Below, piece after piece: positions 25,136 through 34,824 of a stretch of 48,833 nt of DNA. Position 1 is the first letter of the stretch. Each line of letters opens with the position of its first letter. The notes under the pieces were generated by a model that saw nothing but the letters and a program-made list of their open reading frames with translations, had not been told where the DNA came from and ran no database searches. The translations under genes and the position numbers were made by a program. The stretch comes from Chloroflexota bacterium (GTDB lineage: Bacteria; Chloroflexota; Dehalococcoidia; Lucifugimonadales; Australimonadaceae), in assembly GCA_038109085.1 (NCBI GenBank), contig JAYNIL010000006.1:1-48833 (forward strand), written 5' to 3'.

Positions 25136-26542
25136 GTGCAGCCCGTCCGCGACTACGCGCCCGCCTCCTGGCGGCGCATGGTTATCATCCGCCAGCGCCT
25201 CGAGCGTTTCCTCGACCGGCGTGGGTACGGCGTGGTTGCGACGCCCGTGTTGGAGAGCACAGACCTGTTCCTGCGCAAGTCGGGAGGGGAGCTGGCCTCT
25301 CGCATGTACTCCTTCACCGACCCCTCCGGCCACTGGCAATCGCTGCGCCCGGAGTTCACCTCCTCGGTGGTGCGGGCCTTCATCGACGGCACCCTCTCCG
25401 GCCCCGCGCCCCAGCGCTGGCAGTACTGCGGCCCGGTGTTCCGCTACGAGGGTGGCGGCGAGGGCGGCATGGAGTTCCAGCAGCTGGGCGCCGAATTGCT
25501 CTCGGCGGGTGGCCCCGCGGCCGACGCCGAGGTGGTGGCCCTCGCCTCGCAGGGGCTCTCGGCTCTTGGCGTGAAGGGTTACAATTTGCGGGTGGGGCAC
25601 GTGGGCGTGGTCAGCGCCATGCTGGCGGGCCTGGGCCTGCCGGAGCGGGCGCGCGTGTTCGTGCTGGGGAGCCTGGGCGCCCTGCGCTCCAGGCCCGACG
25701 GTATGAAGCAGGTGCGCGCCCGTGCCGCCGAGCTTGGTCTGCTGGACGAGGGACGTCGGCGCGCCATCACCCGCATCGCCCAGCGCATGGCCCCGGAGGA
25801 CGCCGAAGGCATGGTAAAGGCGTTCCTCGCGGCGGGCGTGGACGGGCACACCGGCCAGCGCACGTCGGAGGAGATTTTTACCCGCTACCTGAAGAAGATG
25901 CAGGAAGCCTCGGTGCCCGAGGTGATGGAGCGCGCCCTGCGCCTGGCCGCTGATCTGGTGGAGACTACCGGCCCTGCGGCGCGCACTCGCTCGCGCTTGG
26001 GCAAGCTAGTTGGCTCCTACGGGCTGGATGAGGCCGTGCTGGAGCCGTTGGACGCCTTCCTGCAGGCCCTGGGCCACTACGACCTGAAGGGCGTTCCGGT
26101 GCAGCTGGACCTGGGCCTGGCGCGTGGCATCGCCTACTACACCGGCGTGGTGTTCAACCTGGACCACGCCCGCGTGTCCGGTGCCCCCGCGCTGGGCGGC
26201 GGCGGGCGTTATGACGGGCTGGTGACGGCGCTGGGCGGGGCGAAGGACGTCCCGGCGATGGGCTTCGCCTACAGCCTGGAGCGCGTCTCCGCGCTGCTTG
26301 CGGCCGACTTCGGCGCCGACGATGACGAGGGGGCCATGCGCGTGCTGGTGGTAGCGCTGGAGGGCTCCCAGGACGAGGCCGTCGCCACGGCGGAGCGACT
26401 GCGCGCCCAGGGCATCCCGGCGGAGCTGGACCTGGGTGGCCTGCGCACCGACACCGAGACGGCACGCTACGCCAAGGCGAAGGGCATCGGCACGGTGATG
26501 CGCGTGGGAAGGGATGGCGATGTCGCCGAAACGCGCCTCTAG
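25136..26542 (+). CDS. hisZ: HisZ-like ATP-PRT regulatory subunit (HisRS paralog) retaining an anticodon-binding-like C-domain
   Basis: TPVLE, LRPEFT, PVFRYE..EFQQLGAE, RGIAYYTG, GGGRYDGL, GFAYSLER. First gene of the his operon. Confidence 0.7.
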   Translation: MQPVRDYAPASWRRMVIIRQRLERFLDRRGYGVVATPVLESTDLFLRKSGGELASRMYSFTDPSGHWQSLRPEFTSSVVRAFIDGTLSGPAPQRWQYCGPVFRYEGGGEGGMEFQQLGAELLSAGGPAADAEVVALASQGLSALGVKGYNLRVGHVGVVSAMLAGLGLPERARVFVLGSLGALRSRPDGMKQVRARAAELGLLDEGRRRAITRIAQRMAPEDAEGMVKAFLAAGVDGHTGQRTSEEIFTRYLKKMQEASVPEVMERALRLAADLVETTGPAARTRSRLGKLVGSYGLDEAVLEPLDAFLQALGHYDLKGVPVQLDLGLARGIAYYTGVVFNLDHARVSGAPALGGGGRYDGLVTALGGAKDVPAMGFAYSLERVSALLAADFGADDDEGAMRVLVVALEGSQDEAVATAERLRAQGIPAELDLGGLRTDTETARYAKAKGIGTVMRVGRDGDVAETRL

Positions 26543-27557
26543 CCGGAGCACCAAGGAGCCGCTGCGTCTCGCCATTCCCTCGGACGGAGAGATGCGTGAC
26601 CCCACGCTGGCGTTCTTGGCCGACTGCGGCCTGAAGGTGAACCGGCCTTCGGCCCGCCGCTACACTGCCTCCATCCCCTTGGTGAAGGGGCTAGAGGTGG
26701 TCTTCCAGCGCACCGCCGATATCACGGCGCGCGTTGAGGACGGCAACGCGGACCTGGGTCTGGTGGGGCTCGACCGCTATCAGGAATCGCGCGTCGAAGG
26801 CGGAGACAGCCTGGTCATCATGCCGGCGCTGGGCTTCGGCCAGTGCGAGCTGGTGGTGGCCGTGCCGGAGTCGTGGGTGGACGTGGAGTCCATGGCGGAT
26901 TTGGCCGACCTGGCCGTGGAGTTCCGCGAGTCAGGCCGTGAGCTGCGCATCGCCACCAAGTATCCCCGCATGGTGCAGCGTTTCTTCTTCGGCCATGGCG
27001 TCAACTACTTCTCTATAGCGTCGGTGTCCGGCACCATCGAGGCCACGCCTGCCATGGGCTATGCCGACATCATCGTTGACTTGACCGCTTCCGGCGTGAC
27101 ACTGCGCGAGAACCACCTCAAGCGCCTGGATGACGGCACGGTGCTGACGTCCGAGGGTGCGCTGGTGGGTAACGGGCGTCTGCTGCGCGAGCACCCGGAG
27201 CGCCTTGAACCCGCGCGCGAGGTCATCGAGCGCATCGAGGCCCACCGTGCGGCGGGCGCCTACCAGAGGGTCTCTGCCAACGTGGCCGGAGCCTCCGAGG
27301 AGGCCGTTGCCCAGCGGGTGCTGGAGAAGCCTGAGGCCAGCGGCCTACAGGGCCCCACCGTCTCTCGCGTCTACACCCCCAACGGCAAGACGCTCTTCGC
27401 CGTCACCTCCGTGGTGCGGCGAGAGCACCTGCCGGCGGTGGTGGACCACCTGCGAGCCATCGGTGGCTCCTCGGTCACCGTGTCGGGGACCGACTACGTC
27501 TTCGGTTCCTCCTCCAGCGTGTTCCGCGACCTGCGCGCTGCATTGGGCCTGGGCTGA
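26514..27557 (+). CDS. hisG: ATP phosphoribosyltransferase, long form
   Basis: LRLAIPSDG, ADLGLVGLD, IATKYP, GTIEATPAMGYADIIVDLTASGVTLRENHL, and C-terminal regulatory domain SGLQGPTVS. Start uncertain. Confidence 0.95.
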   Translation: MAMSPKRASSRSTKEPLRLAIPSDGEMRDPTLAFLADCGLKVNRPSARRYTASIPLVKGLEVVFQRTADITARVEDGNADLGLVGLDRYQESRVEGGDSLVIMPALGFGQCELVVAVPESWVDVESMADLADLAVEFRESGRELRIATKYPRMVQRFFFGHGVNYFSIASVSGTIEATPAMGYADIIVDLTASGVTLRENHLKRLDDGTVLTSEGALVGNGRLLREHPERLEPAREVIERIEAHRAAGAYQRVSANVAGASEEAVAQRVLEKPEASGLQGPTVSRVYTPNGKTLFAVTSVVRREHLPAVVDHLRAIGGSSVTVSGTDYVFGSSSSVFRDLRAALGLG

Positions 27558-28900
27558 TGCGCACCGTCACCGGCTACCAGCAGGGGCTGGCTGCGTTGGC
27601 CCGCACGCCCGGCTACGCGGAGCCCCGCCTCTCGCCCGCCGCCGCCGAGCGCATGCAGGGTCTGTTCGTTGAGCCCGTGAGCGCCTCCGAGGCGGTGCGC
27701 CGCATCGTGGCCGACGTGCGTGAGCACGGCGATGAGGCTCTGCGGCGCTGGGCCGAACGCCTGGACGGGGCAGACCTGTCGGTCGTTGAGGTGGAGCCGC
27801 AACGCTGGGCCAGCGCCCTCAAGACGCTGCCTGAGCCCATGGTGGAGGCCCTGCTTGCCGCCGCGGAGCGGGTGCGCGCGTACCACCAGAGGTCCATGCC
27901 CCAGGGATGGGACGACCCGAACGCCGGATACGGGCAGCGCATCGTGCCCCTAGAGCGGGTGGGCCTTTATATCCCCGGTGGCACGGCGGCCTACCCGTCC
28001 ACGGTGCTCATGACGGCCATCCCCGCCAAGGTGGCCGGGGTGGAGCAGGTGGTGCTGTGCACGCCCAACCCCACCCCGGAGACCCTGGCCGCCGCACACA
28101 TCGCGTGCGTTGACCGGCTCTTCGCCGTGGGTGGGGCACAGGCCATCGCGGCCATGGCCTTCGGCACCGAGAGCGTGCCCAAGGTGGACAAGATCTGCGG
28201 GCCTGGCGGGGCGTTCGTCGCTCTGGCCAAGCGCGAGGTGTACGGGAACGTGGACATCGACGGCCTGTACGGCCCGACGGAGACGGTGGTGCTGGCGGAC
28301 GAGACCGCTGACCCCCAGATAGCTGCCGCGGACCTGCTGGCTCAGGCCGAGCACGATGAGCTGGCCTCGCCCGTTCTAATCACCACCTCCGCCGCGCAGG
28401 CGCAGGCCGTGATCGATGCGCTGGAACAGCAGCTGGCTGTGCTAGAGCGCCGTGCCGTGGCAGCCGCCGCCTTGGAGCGCCAGGGCGTGGCCGTGGTGGT
28501 GGAGAGCGTGGAGGAGGGCATCTCCCTCGCCAACGCCTTCGCCCCGGAGCACCTGTGCCTGCTGGTGCGCGATCCCGCCTCCTACGTCGGGTTGGTGCGC
28601 AACGCGGGCGGCATCTTTGTGGGTGAGGACTCCCCGGAGGTGGCGGGCGACTACGTGGCCGGCCCATCCCACACCATGCCCACGGGCGGCACGGCTCGTT
28701 ACGCCTCCTCCCTGGGGGTGCACACCTTCCTCAAGCAGGTGCCGGTCATCGCCTTGCGCCCGCAGCACCTGCGGGAGCTGGGCCGGGCTGCTGCTGCCAT
28801 AGCCCGTGCAGAGGGGCTCATCGGCCACGCCCGTGCGATGGAGCGGCGCCTCGAAGGGGCGGGCGAGCCCGACAAGGACTTCCTCCCGGAGGACCGCTGA
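27557..28900 (+). CDS. hisD: histidinol dehydrogenase
   Basis: GLYIPGGTAAYPSTVLM, GGAQAIAA, DLLAQAEHD, APEHL, GDYVAGPSHTMPT. Confidence 0.97.
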   Translation: MRTVTGYQQGLAALARTPGYAEPRLSPAAAERMQGLFVEPVSASEAVRRIVADVREHGDEALRRWAERLDGADLSVVEVEPQRWASALKTLPEPMVEALLAAAERVRAYHQRSMPQGWDDPNAGYGQRIVPLERVGLYIPGGTAAYPSTVLMTAIPAKVAGVEQVVLCTPNPTPETLAAAHIACVDRLFAVGGAQAIAAMAFGTESVPKVDKICGPGGAFVALAKREVYGNVDIDGLYGPTETVVLADETADPQIAAADLLAQAEHDELASPVLITTSAAQAQAVIDALEQQLAVLERRAVAAAALERQGVAVVVESVEEGISLANAFAPEHLCLLVRDPASYVGLVRNAGGIFVGEDSPEVAGDYVAGPSHTMPTGGTARYASSLGVHTFLKQVPVIALRPQHLRELGRAAAAIARAEGLIGHARAMERRLEGAGEPDKDFLPEDR

Positions 28901-30000
28901 TGGCGCGCCGTCGCGTGCTGGACATGGTACAACCGCACCTGCTGGGGCTGGACGCCTATGAGGCGGTGGACCCGCCGGAGGCGTTGGCCGCACGGGCGGG
29001 CATCCCGGAGTCCGAGGTGGTCAAGCTCAACGCCAACGAGAACCCCTATGGCCCTTCGCCCAAGGTGGCGAAGGCGCTGGCGGAAATGCGTCGCATCCAC
29101 CTCTACCCCGACCCGGCCCAGGTGGCTGCGCGCGAGGCCGTCGGGCGCTACGTTGGGCTGAGCCAAGAACACGTCGTCGTCGGCAACGGCAGTGATGAGA
29201 TTATCGACCTGCTGTTCCGCTCGCTGCTGGCGCCTGGGGAGGCCATCGTCAACGCGGTGCCCACCTTCGGCATGTACGCCTTCAGCGCGCAGGTGTGCGG
29301 CGGGCGGACGTTGCCGGTTGAGCGCGATGCGCGCTTCGCCCTGAACGTCAAGGCCACCGTGGACGCGTGCAACCGGCCCGACGTGAAGGCCGTCATATTC
29401 GCTTCGCCCAACAACCCTTCGGGTAACGCCACGGCTCCTCAAGACATCCTCCGGCTGCTGGAGGCGGACTGCCTAGTCATCGTGGACGAGGCGTACGTGG
29501 AGTTCGACGCGCGCTCCGTGGCTTCGTTGGTGCCCCAGCACCCCAATCTGGTGGTTCTGCGCACCCTCTCCAAGTGGGCGGGCCTCGCCGGGCTACGGGT
29601 AGGGTACGGGCTCATGGCCCCGGAGCTGGCCGATGTGCTCATGCGCGCCAAGCCGCCGTACAACATCTCCCAGGCCGCCGAGACTGCGCTGCTGGCCTCA
29701 CTGGCCGATGTGGACACGCTCAACGAGCGGGCGGGGCGGATCATCGCCGAGCGCGCGCGCCTTGCCGGGCTGCTGGCCGGGGTGCCGGGGGTGAACCCGC
29801 TGCCGTCGGAGGCGAACTTCATCCTCGCCCGCATGCCACAGGGCCGCGGCAAGGTGGTGTATGAAGGCCTCGCTCGGCGCGGAGTCTTCGTGAGATACTA
29901 CGCGCGCGGCGTTCTGGCCGATTACCTGCGGGTATCGGTGGGCACGCCCGAGCAGACCGACCGCCTCATGGCAGCGCTTGCCGAGGCGATGGAGGACTGA
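28900..30000 (+). CDS. hisC: histidinol-phosphate aminotransferase
   Basis: KLNANENPY, GNGSDE, SPNNPSG, DEAY, RTLSKWAGLAGLRVGY. Confidence 0.96.
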   Translation: MARRRVLDMVQPHLLGLDAYEAVDPPEALAARAGIPESEVVKLNANENPYGPSPKVAKALAEMRRIHLYPDPAQVAAREAVGRYVGLSQEHVVVGNGSDEIIDLLFRSLLAPGEAIVNAVPTFGMYAFSAQVCGGRTLPVERDARFALNVKATVDACNRPDVKAVIFASPNNPSGNATAPQDILRLLEADCLVIVDEAYVEFDARSVASLVPQHPNLVVLRTLSKWAGLAGLRVGYGLMAPELADVLMRAKPPYNISQAAETALLASLADVDTLNERAGRIIAERARLAGLLAGVPGVNPLPSEANFILARMPQGRGKVVYEGLARRGVFVRYYARGVLADYLRVSVGTPEQTDRLMAALAEAMED

Positions 30001-30001
30001 G

Positions 30002-30601
30002 GTGGCCCAGCGCACCGGCACCTGCAAGCGGCTGACGGGAGAGACGGACATCGCCGTCACCATCGGCCTGGATGGCACCGGCCGCACCGAGGTGAGCACC
30101 GGCAACGGGATGCTCGACCACCTGCTGGACCAGCTGGGCCGACACGGCCTCTTCGACCTCAAGATCGAGGCCAAGGGTGATGCCGCTCGCACCGGCTGGC
30201 ACCACACCGTGGAGGACACGGGCATCGCACTGGGGAGGGCCTTCGCCGATGCGGTGGGCGATGCGGTGGGCATCCGGCGAATGGGCCACGCCATCGTCCC
30301 GCTAGACGAGGCGCAGGCGCGCGTGGCGCTGGACATCTCCGGACGCCCCTATGCTGTGGTGGAGTTGGGCATCACCGGCACCACCATCGGCGAGTTGCCG
30401 GGCGACCTGGTGCGCCACTTTCTGCACTCCTTCGCCACGGAGGCGCGCATCAGCCTGCACGCCGAGGTGCTCTCCGGTGTTAACGCCCACCACAAGGCGG
30501 AGGCGACGTTCAAGGCGTTAGCGCGCGCGCTGCGCGATGCGGTCGAGCCTGACCCGCGGGCCCCGAACGCGGTGCCCTCCACCAAGGGTACCCTCTCCTA
30601 G
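30002..30601 (+). CDS. hisB: imidazoleglycerol-phosphate dehydratase (monofunctional)
   Basis: ETDI, DHLL, HHTVED, NAHHKAEA.FKA, PSTKG. Confidence 0.96.
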   Translation: MAQRTGTCKRLTGETDIAVTIGLDGTGRTEVSTGNGMLDHLLDQLGRHGLFDLKIEAKGDAARTGWHHTVEDTGIALGRAFADAVGDAVGIRRMGHAIVPLDEAQARVALDISGRPYAVVELGITGTTIGELPGDLVRHFLHSFATEARISLHAEVLSGVNAHHKAEATFKALARALRDAVEPDPRAPNAVPSTKGTLS

Positions 30602-30611
30602 TCGCACACCC

Positions 30612-30863
30612 CTAGGCGGGAGCGACCTCGGCCCGGTACGACTCGATCACTGGGTTGGCCAAGAGTTTGCCGCACATCTCCTCCAGCGCCTTGCGGGCGG
30701 CGGTCTCATCCGCAGCCTCCAGCCGGAGGGTCAGGTACTTGCCCACCTGCACCTGGTCCACGGAGGAGAACCCTAGTGCGTGCAGTCCATGCTGCACGGC
30801 GTTGCCCTGCGGGTCATTGACGCCGGGCTTGAGCTGGATGTGGACCTGGCCGGTGAAGCGCAT
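30612..30863 (-). CDS. purS: FGAM synthase subunit PurS
   Basis: LKPGVNDPQG, VGK, MCGKLLANPVIE. Confidence 0.96.
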   Translation of the reverse strand: MRFTGQVHIQLKPGVNDPQGNAVQHGLHALGFSSVDQVQVGKYLTLRLEAADETAARKALEEMCGKLLANPVIESYRAEVAPA

Positions 30864-30872
30864 GGGTGCGTC

Positions 30873-31814
30873 CTAGGGGTTGGTGTGGTCTGGCACGACG
30901 GGGGTGGGCGTGGGTACCGCCACCGCGGGGGTCACGCCGCAGTTGTTGTCCAGGAACAGTGGCCCGCGGTTGCGGTGGGAGGCGATGAAGGCATCCAGCG
31001 CCTCCACGTCAAAGCCGGTGATGGTCTGGTTCCAGCCCCACGCGGTCAGGACGATGTTCCCGTCAGCGACGGCGTCGTAGGGCTGGGCCACCAAGCAGCC
31101 GGGGTAGCCGGCCTGCCCGGTCAGGTAGTCGGTCAGCATCTCGACCTGGGTGGGGTCGGACAGGTTGTGGTTCACCACCACTGCTCCCTCTTGCAGGTTC
31201 CTCACGATGGCCTCATCAGCCTGCTGCTCCAATAGCACACCCCAGGGGGCGGGGACCGCGTAGTGCGCGCCGGAGGTGGGCGGCGTGGTTGTGTACGCCT
31301 CGTGCTGCTCGCCCTCGGCCACCTCCACGGCATCCTGCACGGTAACCTGGGTGCCCGCCGCGGGCACCAGGGTGGGCGTCGCGTTCTGGCCGGGGCTCGC
31401 CAGGGGTACCACCGACGGCAGCACGATGCCCAATATCAACAGGCTGGCGATGAACCCCCCACCCACGGCGATGAGCGTGCGTCGACGCCGGCGCTTGGCC
31501 ACGGAGCGCTCGCGGCGCTGCGCGCGGGAGACGGTGCGCTTGGCAGGACTGCGGCGCTTTCGCTCCGTCTCGGCATGGGCGGCGGCAGCCGCAGCGGGAG
31601 CCGCGGCATAAGCGATAGGCGCGGGCTCAGCCGGGGCCTCGGCTTCGGCGGCGGACTGCTCCCGCTCCGCGGCTGGGGCCTCGGCTTCGGCGGCGGGGAC
31701 CGCCTGCTCGACCTCCGGCTCGCTGATTGATGTCTCGGCGGCAGGGGTCTCCGGCTCATCGGAGGGAACGGGCTCCTGCGGCTGCTCGTCGTTGGGGCGC
31801 TGCGCTTCAGTCAT
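30873..31814 (-). CDS. DUF3105-like membrane-anchored protein with acidic low-complexity N-terminus
   Basis: Y..TPPTSGAHY, LTAWG; a TM helix follows an Arg-rich stretch. Confidence 0.75.
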   Translation of the reverse strand: MTEAQRPNDEQPQEPVPSDEPETPAAETSISEPEVEQAVPAAEAEAPAAEREQSAAEAEAPAEPAPIAYAAAPAAAAAAHAETERKRRSPAKRTVSRAQRRERSVAKRRRRRTLIAVGGGFIASLLILGIVLPSVVPLASPGQNATPTLVPAAGTQVTVQDAVEVAEGEQHEAYTTTPPTSGAHYAVPAPWGVLLEQQADEAIVRNLQEGAVVVNHNLSDPTQVEMLTDYLTGQAGYPGCLVAQPYDAVADGNIVLTAWGWNQTITGFDVEALDAFIASHRNRGPLFLDNNCGVTPAVAVPTPTPVVPDHTNP

Positions 31815-31827
31815 TGGTGGGTCTTCC

Positions 31828-32730
31828 TCACAGCAGCGGCGTGCCCGAGAGGCGCCGGTAAGCCTCCAGGTAGCGCTCGCGGGTCTTGCGGACGATGTCG
31901 TCGGGCAGGGCAGGGGATGGCGGCGTCTTGTCCCAGGGCTGGGTCAGCAGCCAGTCCCGCACGAACTGCTTGTCGTAGTTGGGCTGAGAGCGTCCGGGGG
32001 CGTACCCCTCAGCGTCCCAGAAGCGGGAAGAGTCAGGGGTGAGCACCTCGTCGATGAGGATGACGCGCCCGGCGTGGATTCCGAACTCGAACTTGGTGTC
32101 GGCCAGGATGATGCCGCGAGGACGCGCGAAGTCGTGCGCGAACCGGAAGATAGCGAAGGAGAGCGCCTCCACCTGCCTTGCCAGCTCATCGCCGATCTGT
32201 GCGCGCACCTGCTCCATGGTCATGGGTTCGTCGTGCCCGGCCTCAGCCTTGGTGGTGGGCGTAAACAGCAGCTGCGGCAACTGCGAGCCGTCCACCAACC
32301 CGCCGGGGACGGGAATGCTGAAGATGCTACCGCTCTTGCGGTAGTCCACCAGGGCCGAGCCGGTCAGGTAGGCGCGCACCACGCACTCCACGTCGATGCG
32401 CTCGGCACGCTTGACTACCATGGCCTGACGGGCGATGCCGGGCGGCAGCGCTTTGATGGTGGGATGCTCAGCCACTGGGCCCAGTGCCGCCGGGTCATCG
32501 GCCATCCCAACAAAGTGATTGGGGACGATGCGTCCGGTCTGCTCGAACCAGAAACGGGACATCTGAGAGAGGATGTAGCCCTTGTCGGGGATGCCGTTGG
32601 GCATCACCACGTCGAAGGCGCTGATGCGGTCCGTGGCGACCATGAGCAGCAGGCCTTTGCCCAGGTCATAGGTGTCGCGCACCTTGCCCTTGTGCAGCGG
32701 GTTCGGCAGGTTGGTGGTCAGCAGCGTCAT
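31828..32730 (-). CDS. purC: SAICAR synthase
   Basis: GKVRD, TDRISAFD, ECVVR, ADTKFEFG, TPDSSRFW, DKQFVRDWL. Confidence 0.97.
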   Translation of the reverse strand: MTLLTTNLPNPLHKGKVRDTYDLGKGLLLMVATDRISAFDVVMPNGIPDKGYILSQMSRFWFEQTGRIVPNHFVGMADDPAALGPVAEHPTIKALPPGIARQAMVVKRAERIDVECVVRAYLTGSALVDYRKSGSIFSIPVPGGLVDGSQLPQLLFTPTTKAEAGHDEPMTMEQVRAQIGDELARQVEALSFAIFRFAHDFARPRGIILADTKFEFGIHAGRVILIDEVLTPDSSRFWDAEGYAPGRSQPNYDKQFVRDWLLTQPWDKTPPSPALPDDIVRKTRERYLEAYRRLSGTPLL

Positions 32731-32733
32731 CGC

Positions 32734-34026
32734 CTACTCCAGCCCGGCCCGCGCGAAGATGGCTTCCACGTGCTTGGTGTAGTAGCCGTAGTCGAACAGC
32801 TCGTCCAGCTGGGCCCTGGTGAGCTTGGCCTGCACCGTGGGGTCCTGGCGCACCAGATCCCTGAAATCCTGGTTCTGCTCCCAGGTGGTGGCCGCGTGGC
32901 GCTGGGCTAGCCGGTAGCCTTCCTCCCGCGCCATGCCCGCCTCCACCAGCGAGAGCATCACCCGTTGGGAGAAGACCAGCCCACGGGTGGACTCGATGTT
33001 GGCCATCATTCGCTCCGGGAAGACCCGTATGCCGGTGACGATGTACGTGAACAGGTCCAGGATGTAGTCCAGCGCCATGGTGGCGTCGGGCAGGATGATG
33101 CGCTCGGCTGACGAGTGCGAGATGTCCCGCTCGTGCCAGAGTGCCACGTTCTCCAACGCGGTCACCGCGTTGCCTCGGATGAGGCGTGCAAGGCCGCACA
33201 CCCGTTCGGACAGGTCGGGGTTGCGCTTGTGTGGCATGGCGGACGAACCCGTCTGCCCCTCGCCGAATGGCTCCTCCACCTCGTGCACCTCGGTGCGCTG
33301 AAGCCCGCGTATCTCTGTGGCGAACTTCTCCAGAGAGGCGGCCACCACCGCCAGGGTTGAGACGAATGCGGCGTGGCGGTCGCGCTGTACGATCTGGTTA
33401 GAGATGGGGGCGTAGGGGATGCCCAGCGTTTCACAGGCATAGGTCTCCACCTCCAGTGGCACCGTGGCGTGGGTGCCCACCGCGCCGGATATCTTGCCCA
33501 CGCTCACTCCGGCCGCAGCGTCGGCCAGGCGCTCACGGTTGCGGCGCATCTCGTCCCACCAGAGCGCCAGCTTCAGGCCGAAGGTGATGGGCTCGGCGTG
33601 GACGCCGTGGGTGCGCCCCATCATCAGCGTGGCGCGGTGCTCTAGCGCTTTAACCCGCAGCGCCTCGATGAGCCGGTCCACTCCATTCAGCAGGATGGCC
33701 GAGGCATCGCGCAGCTGCAGGCCCGTGGCCGTGTCCCACACGTCGTTGGAGGTGAGGCCCAGGTGCACCCAGCGCCCCTCGGGGCCCAAGGAGGAGGTGA
33801 CGGAGTAGAGAAACGCCGTCACGTCATGCTTGGTCTGGGCGAACTTCTCGTTCAGCTTGGCCTGGTCCCAGGTGGCGAGGCGAATCTTGGCCATGTCGGC
33901 CTCGGGCACCACGCCGAGGCGCGTCCACGCCTCGCACACCGCCACCTCGACGGCCAGCCACCTCTCGTACTTGCCGGCGTCTGTCCAGATGGCCTTCATC
34001 GCCTCGTGGGCGTAGCGGTCGATCAC
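32734..34026 (-). CDS. purB: adenylosuccinate lyase
   Basis: IDRY, GRTHGVHAEP, GSSAMPHKRNP, LWHERDISHSSAER. GTG start at 34026. Confidence 0.97.
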   Translation of the reverse strand: MIDRYAHEAMKAIWTDAGKYERWLAVEVAVCEAWTRLGVVPEADMAKIRLATWDQAKLNEKFAQTKHDVTAFLYSVTSSLGPEGRWVHLGLTSNDVWDTATGLQLRDASAILLNGVDRLIEALRVKALEHRATLMMGRTHGVHAEPITFGLKLALWWDEMRRNRERLADAAAGVSVGKISGAVGTHATVPLEVETYACETLGIPYAPISNQIVQRDRHAAFVSTLAVVAASLEKFATEIRGLQRTEVHEVEEPFGEGQTGSSAMPHKRNPDLSERVCGLARLIRGNAVTALENVALWHERDISHSSAERIILPDATMALDYILDLFTYIVTGIRVFPERMMANIESTRGLVFSQRVMLSLVEAGMAREEGYRLAQRHAATTWEQNQDFRDLVRQDPTVQAKLTRAQLDELFDYGYYTKHVEAIFARAGLE

Positions 34027-34670
34027 GAGCGGGCCTCCGTGGGGGCGGTGCGCAGGTAGTCCAGCACCACGTAGAAATCGGTGAGCTCCCGGTGGGGGAT
34101 GCCCTCTGCCCGGCACACGGACAGCAGCACGTCGCGGGCGAAGACGAAGTCGGCTTCGCGGGCGGGGCAGGCGTCCGATGCGCCGTCGCCAGCGTACAGC
34201 ACCGCGTGCCCTGCCTGCCGGTGCGCGCGCACCGCGCTACACTTGCAGTTGCCGGGGTACCAGCCGCAGGCCGGGTCCGCCCACCGATAACTGTAGGTGC
34301 CGGTCTGCGGCGAGCGCTCGGCGGCCTGCACGCCCACGTGGGGGAGTCCGTTCTCGTTGAGCAGCGCGCGGATGTAGTAGTCGAGCCCGTGGCTCACCAC
34401 ACCCAATCCGATGCCCTCGCGCTTACAGTGCGCGGCGAGCTCCACGAAGCCGGGGCGCAACGCCGCTGCCCGGCGCACGTGTTCTGCCTGCTGCTCCTGG
34501 GGGGCGCTGACACCCGCGAAGGCCTGCTCCTGGTACTCGGCCAGGGATATCTCCCCGCGCCGGAACCGGTCGGCCGCCGCTCGCCAGCCACCGGGGTGGA
34601 AGCGCTCCAAGAGCAAAACCGCCACGTTCTGCGTGGCGGCGGTGTCGTCGAAGTCGCACAGGATGAACAT
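34023..34670 (-). CDS. HAD-IB phosphatase (MtnX-like)
   Basis: CDFDDT, LRPGF, VVSHG, GNCKC, YAGDGASD. Confidence 0.85.
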   Translation of the reverse strand: MFILCDFDDTAATQNVAVLLLERFHPGGWRAAADRFRRGEISLAEYQEQAFAGVSAPQEQQAEHVRRAAALRPGFVELAAHCKREGIGLGVVSHGLDYYIRALLNENGLPHVGVQAAERSPQTGTYSYRWADPACGWYPGNCKCSAVRAHRQAGHAVLYAGDGASDACPAREADFVFARDVLLSVCRAEGIPHRELTDFYVVLDYLRTAPTEARS

Positions 34671-34824
34671 ACGGGGGAGGCACCCTACGGGTGGGCTGGC
34701 GTTTGTCAGGATAGCCCATGAGGGCGCTGCGCGCACCCGCGCAGGCCAAGACGCATTATGCATCTGAACCTGGCGAGTGATTGCCGCCCGCGCGATACTG
34801 AGACCTACCCACGGGAGGACGCTG

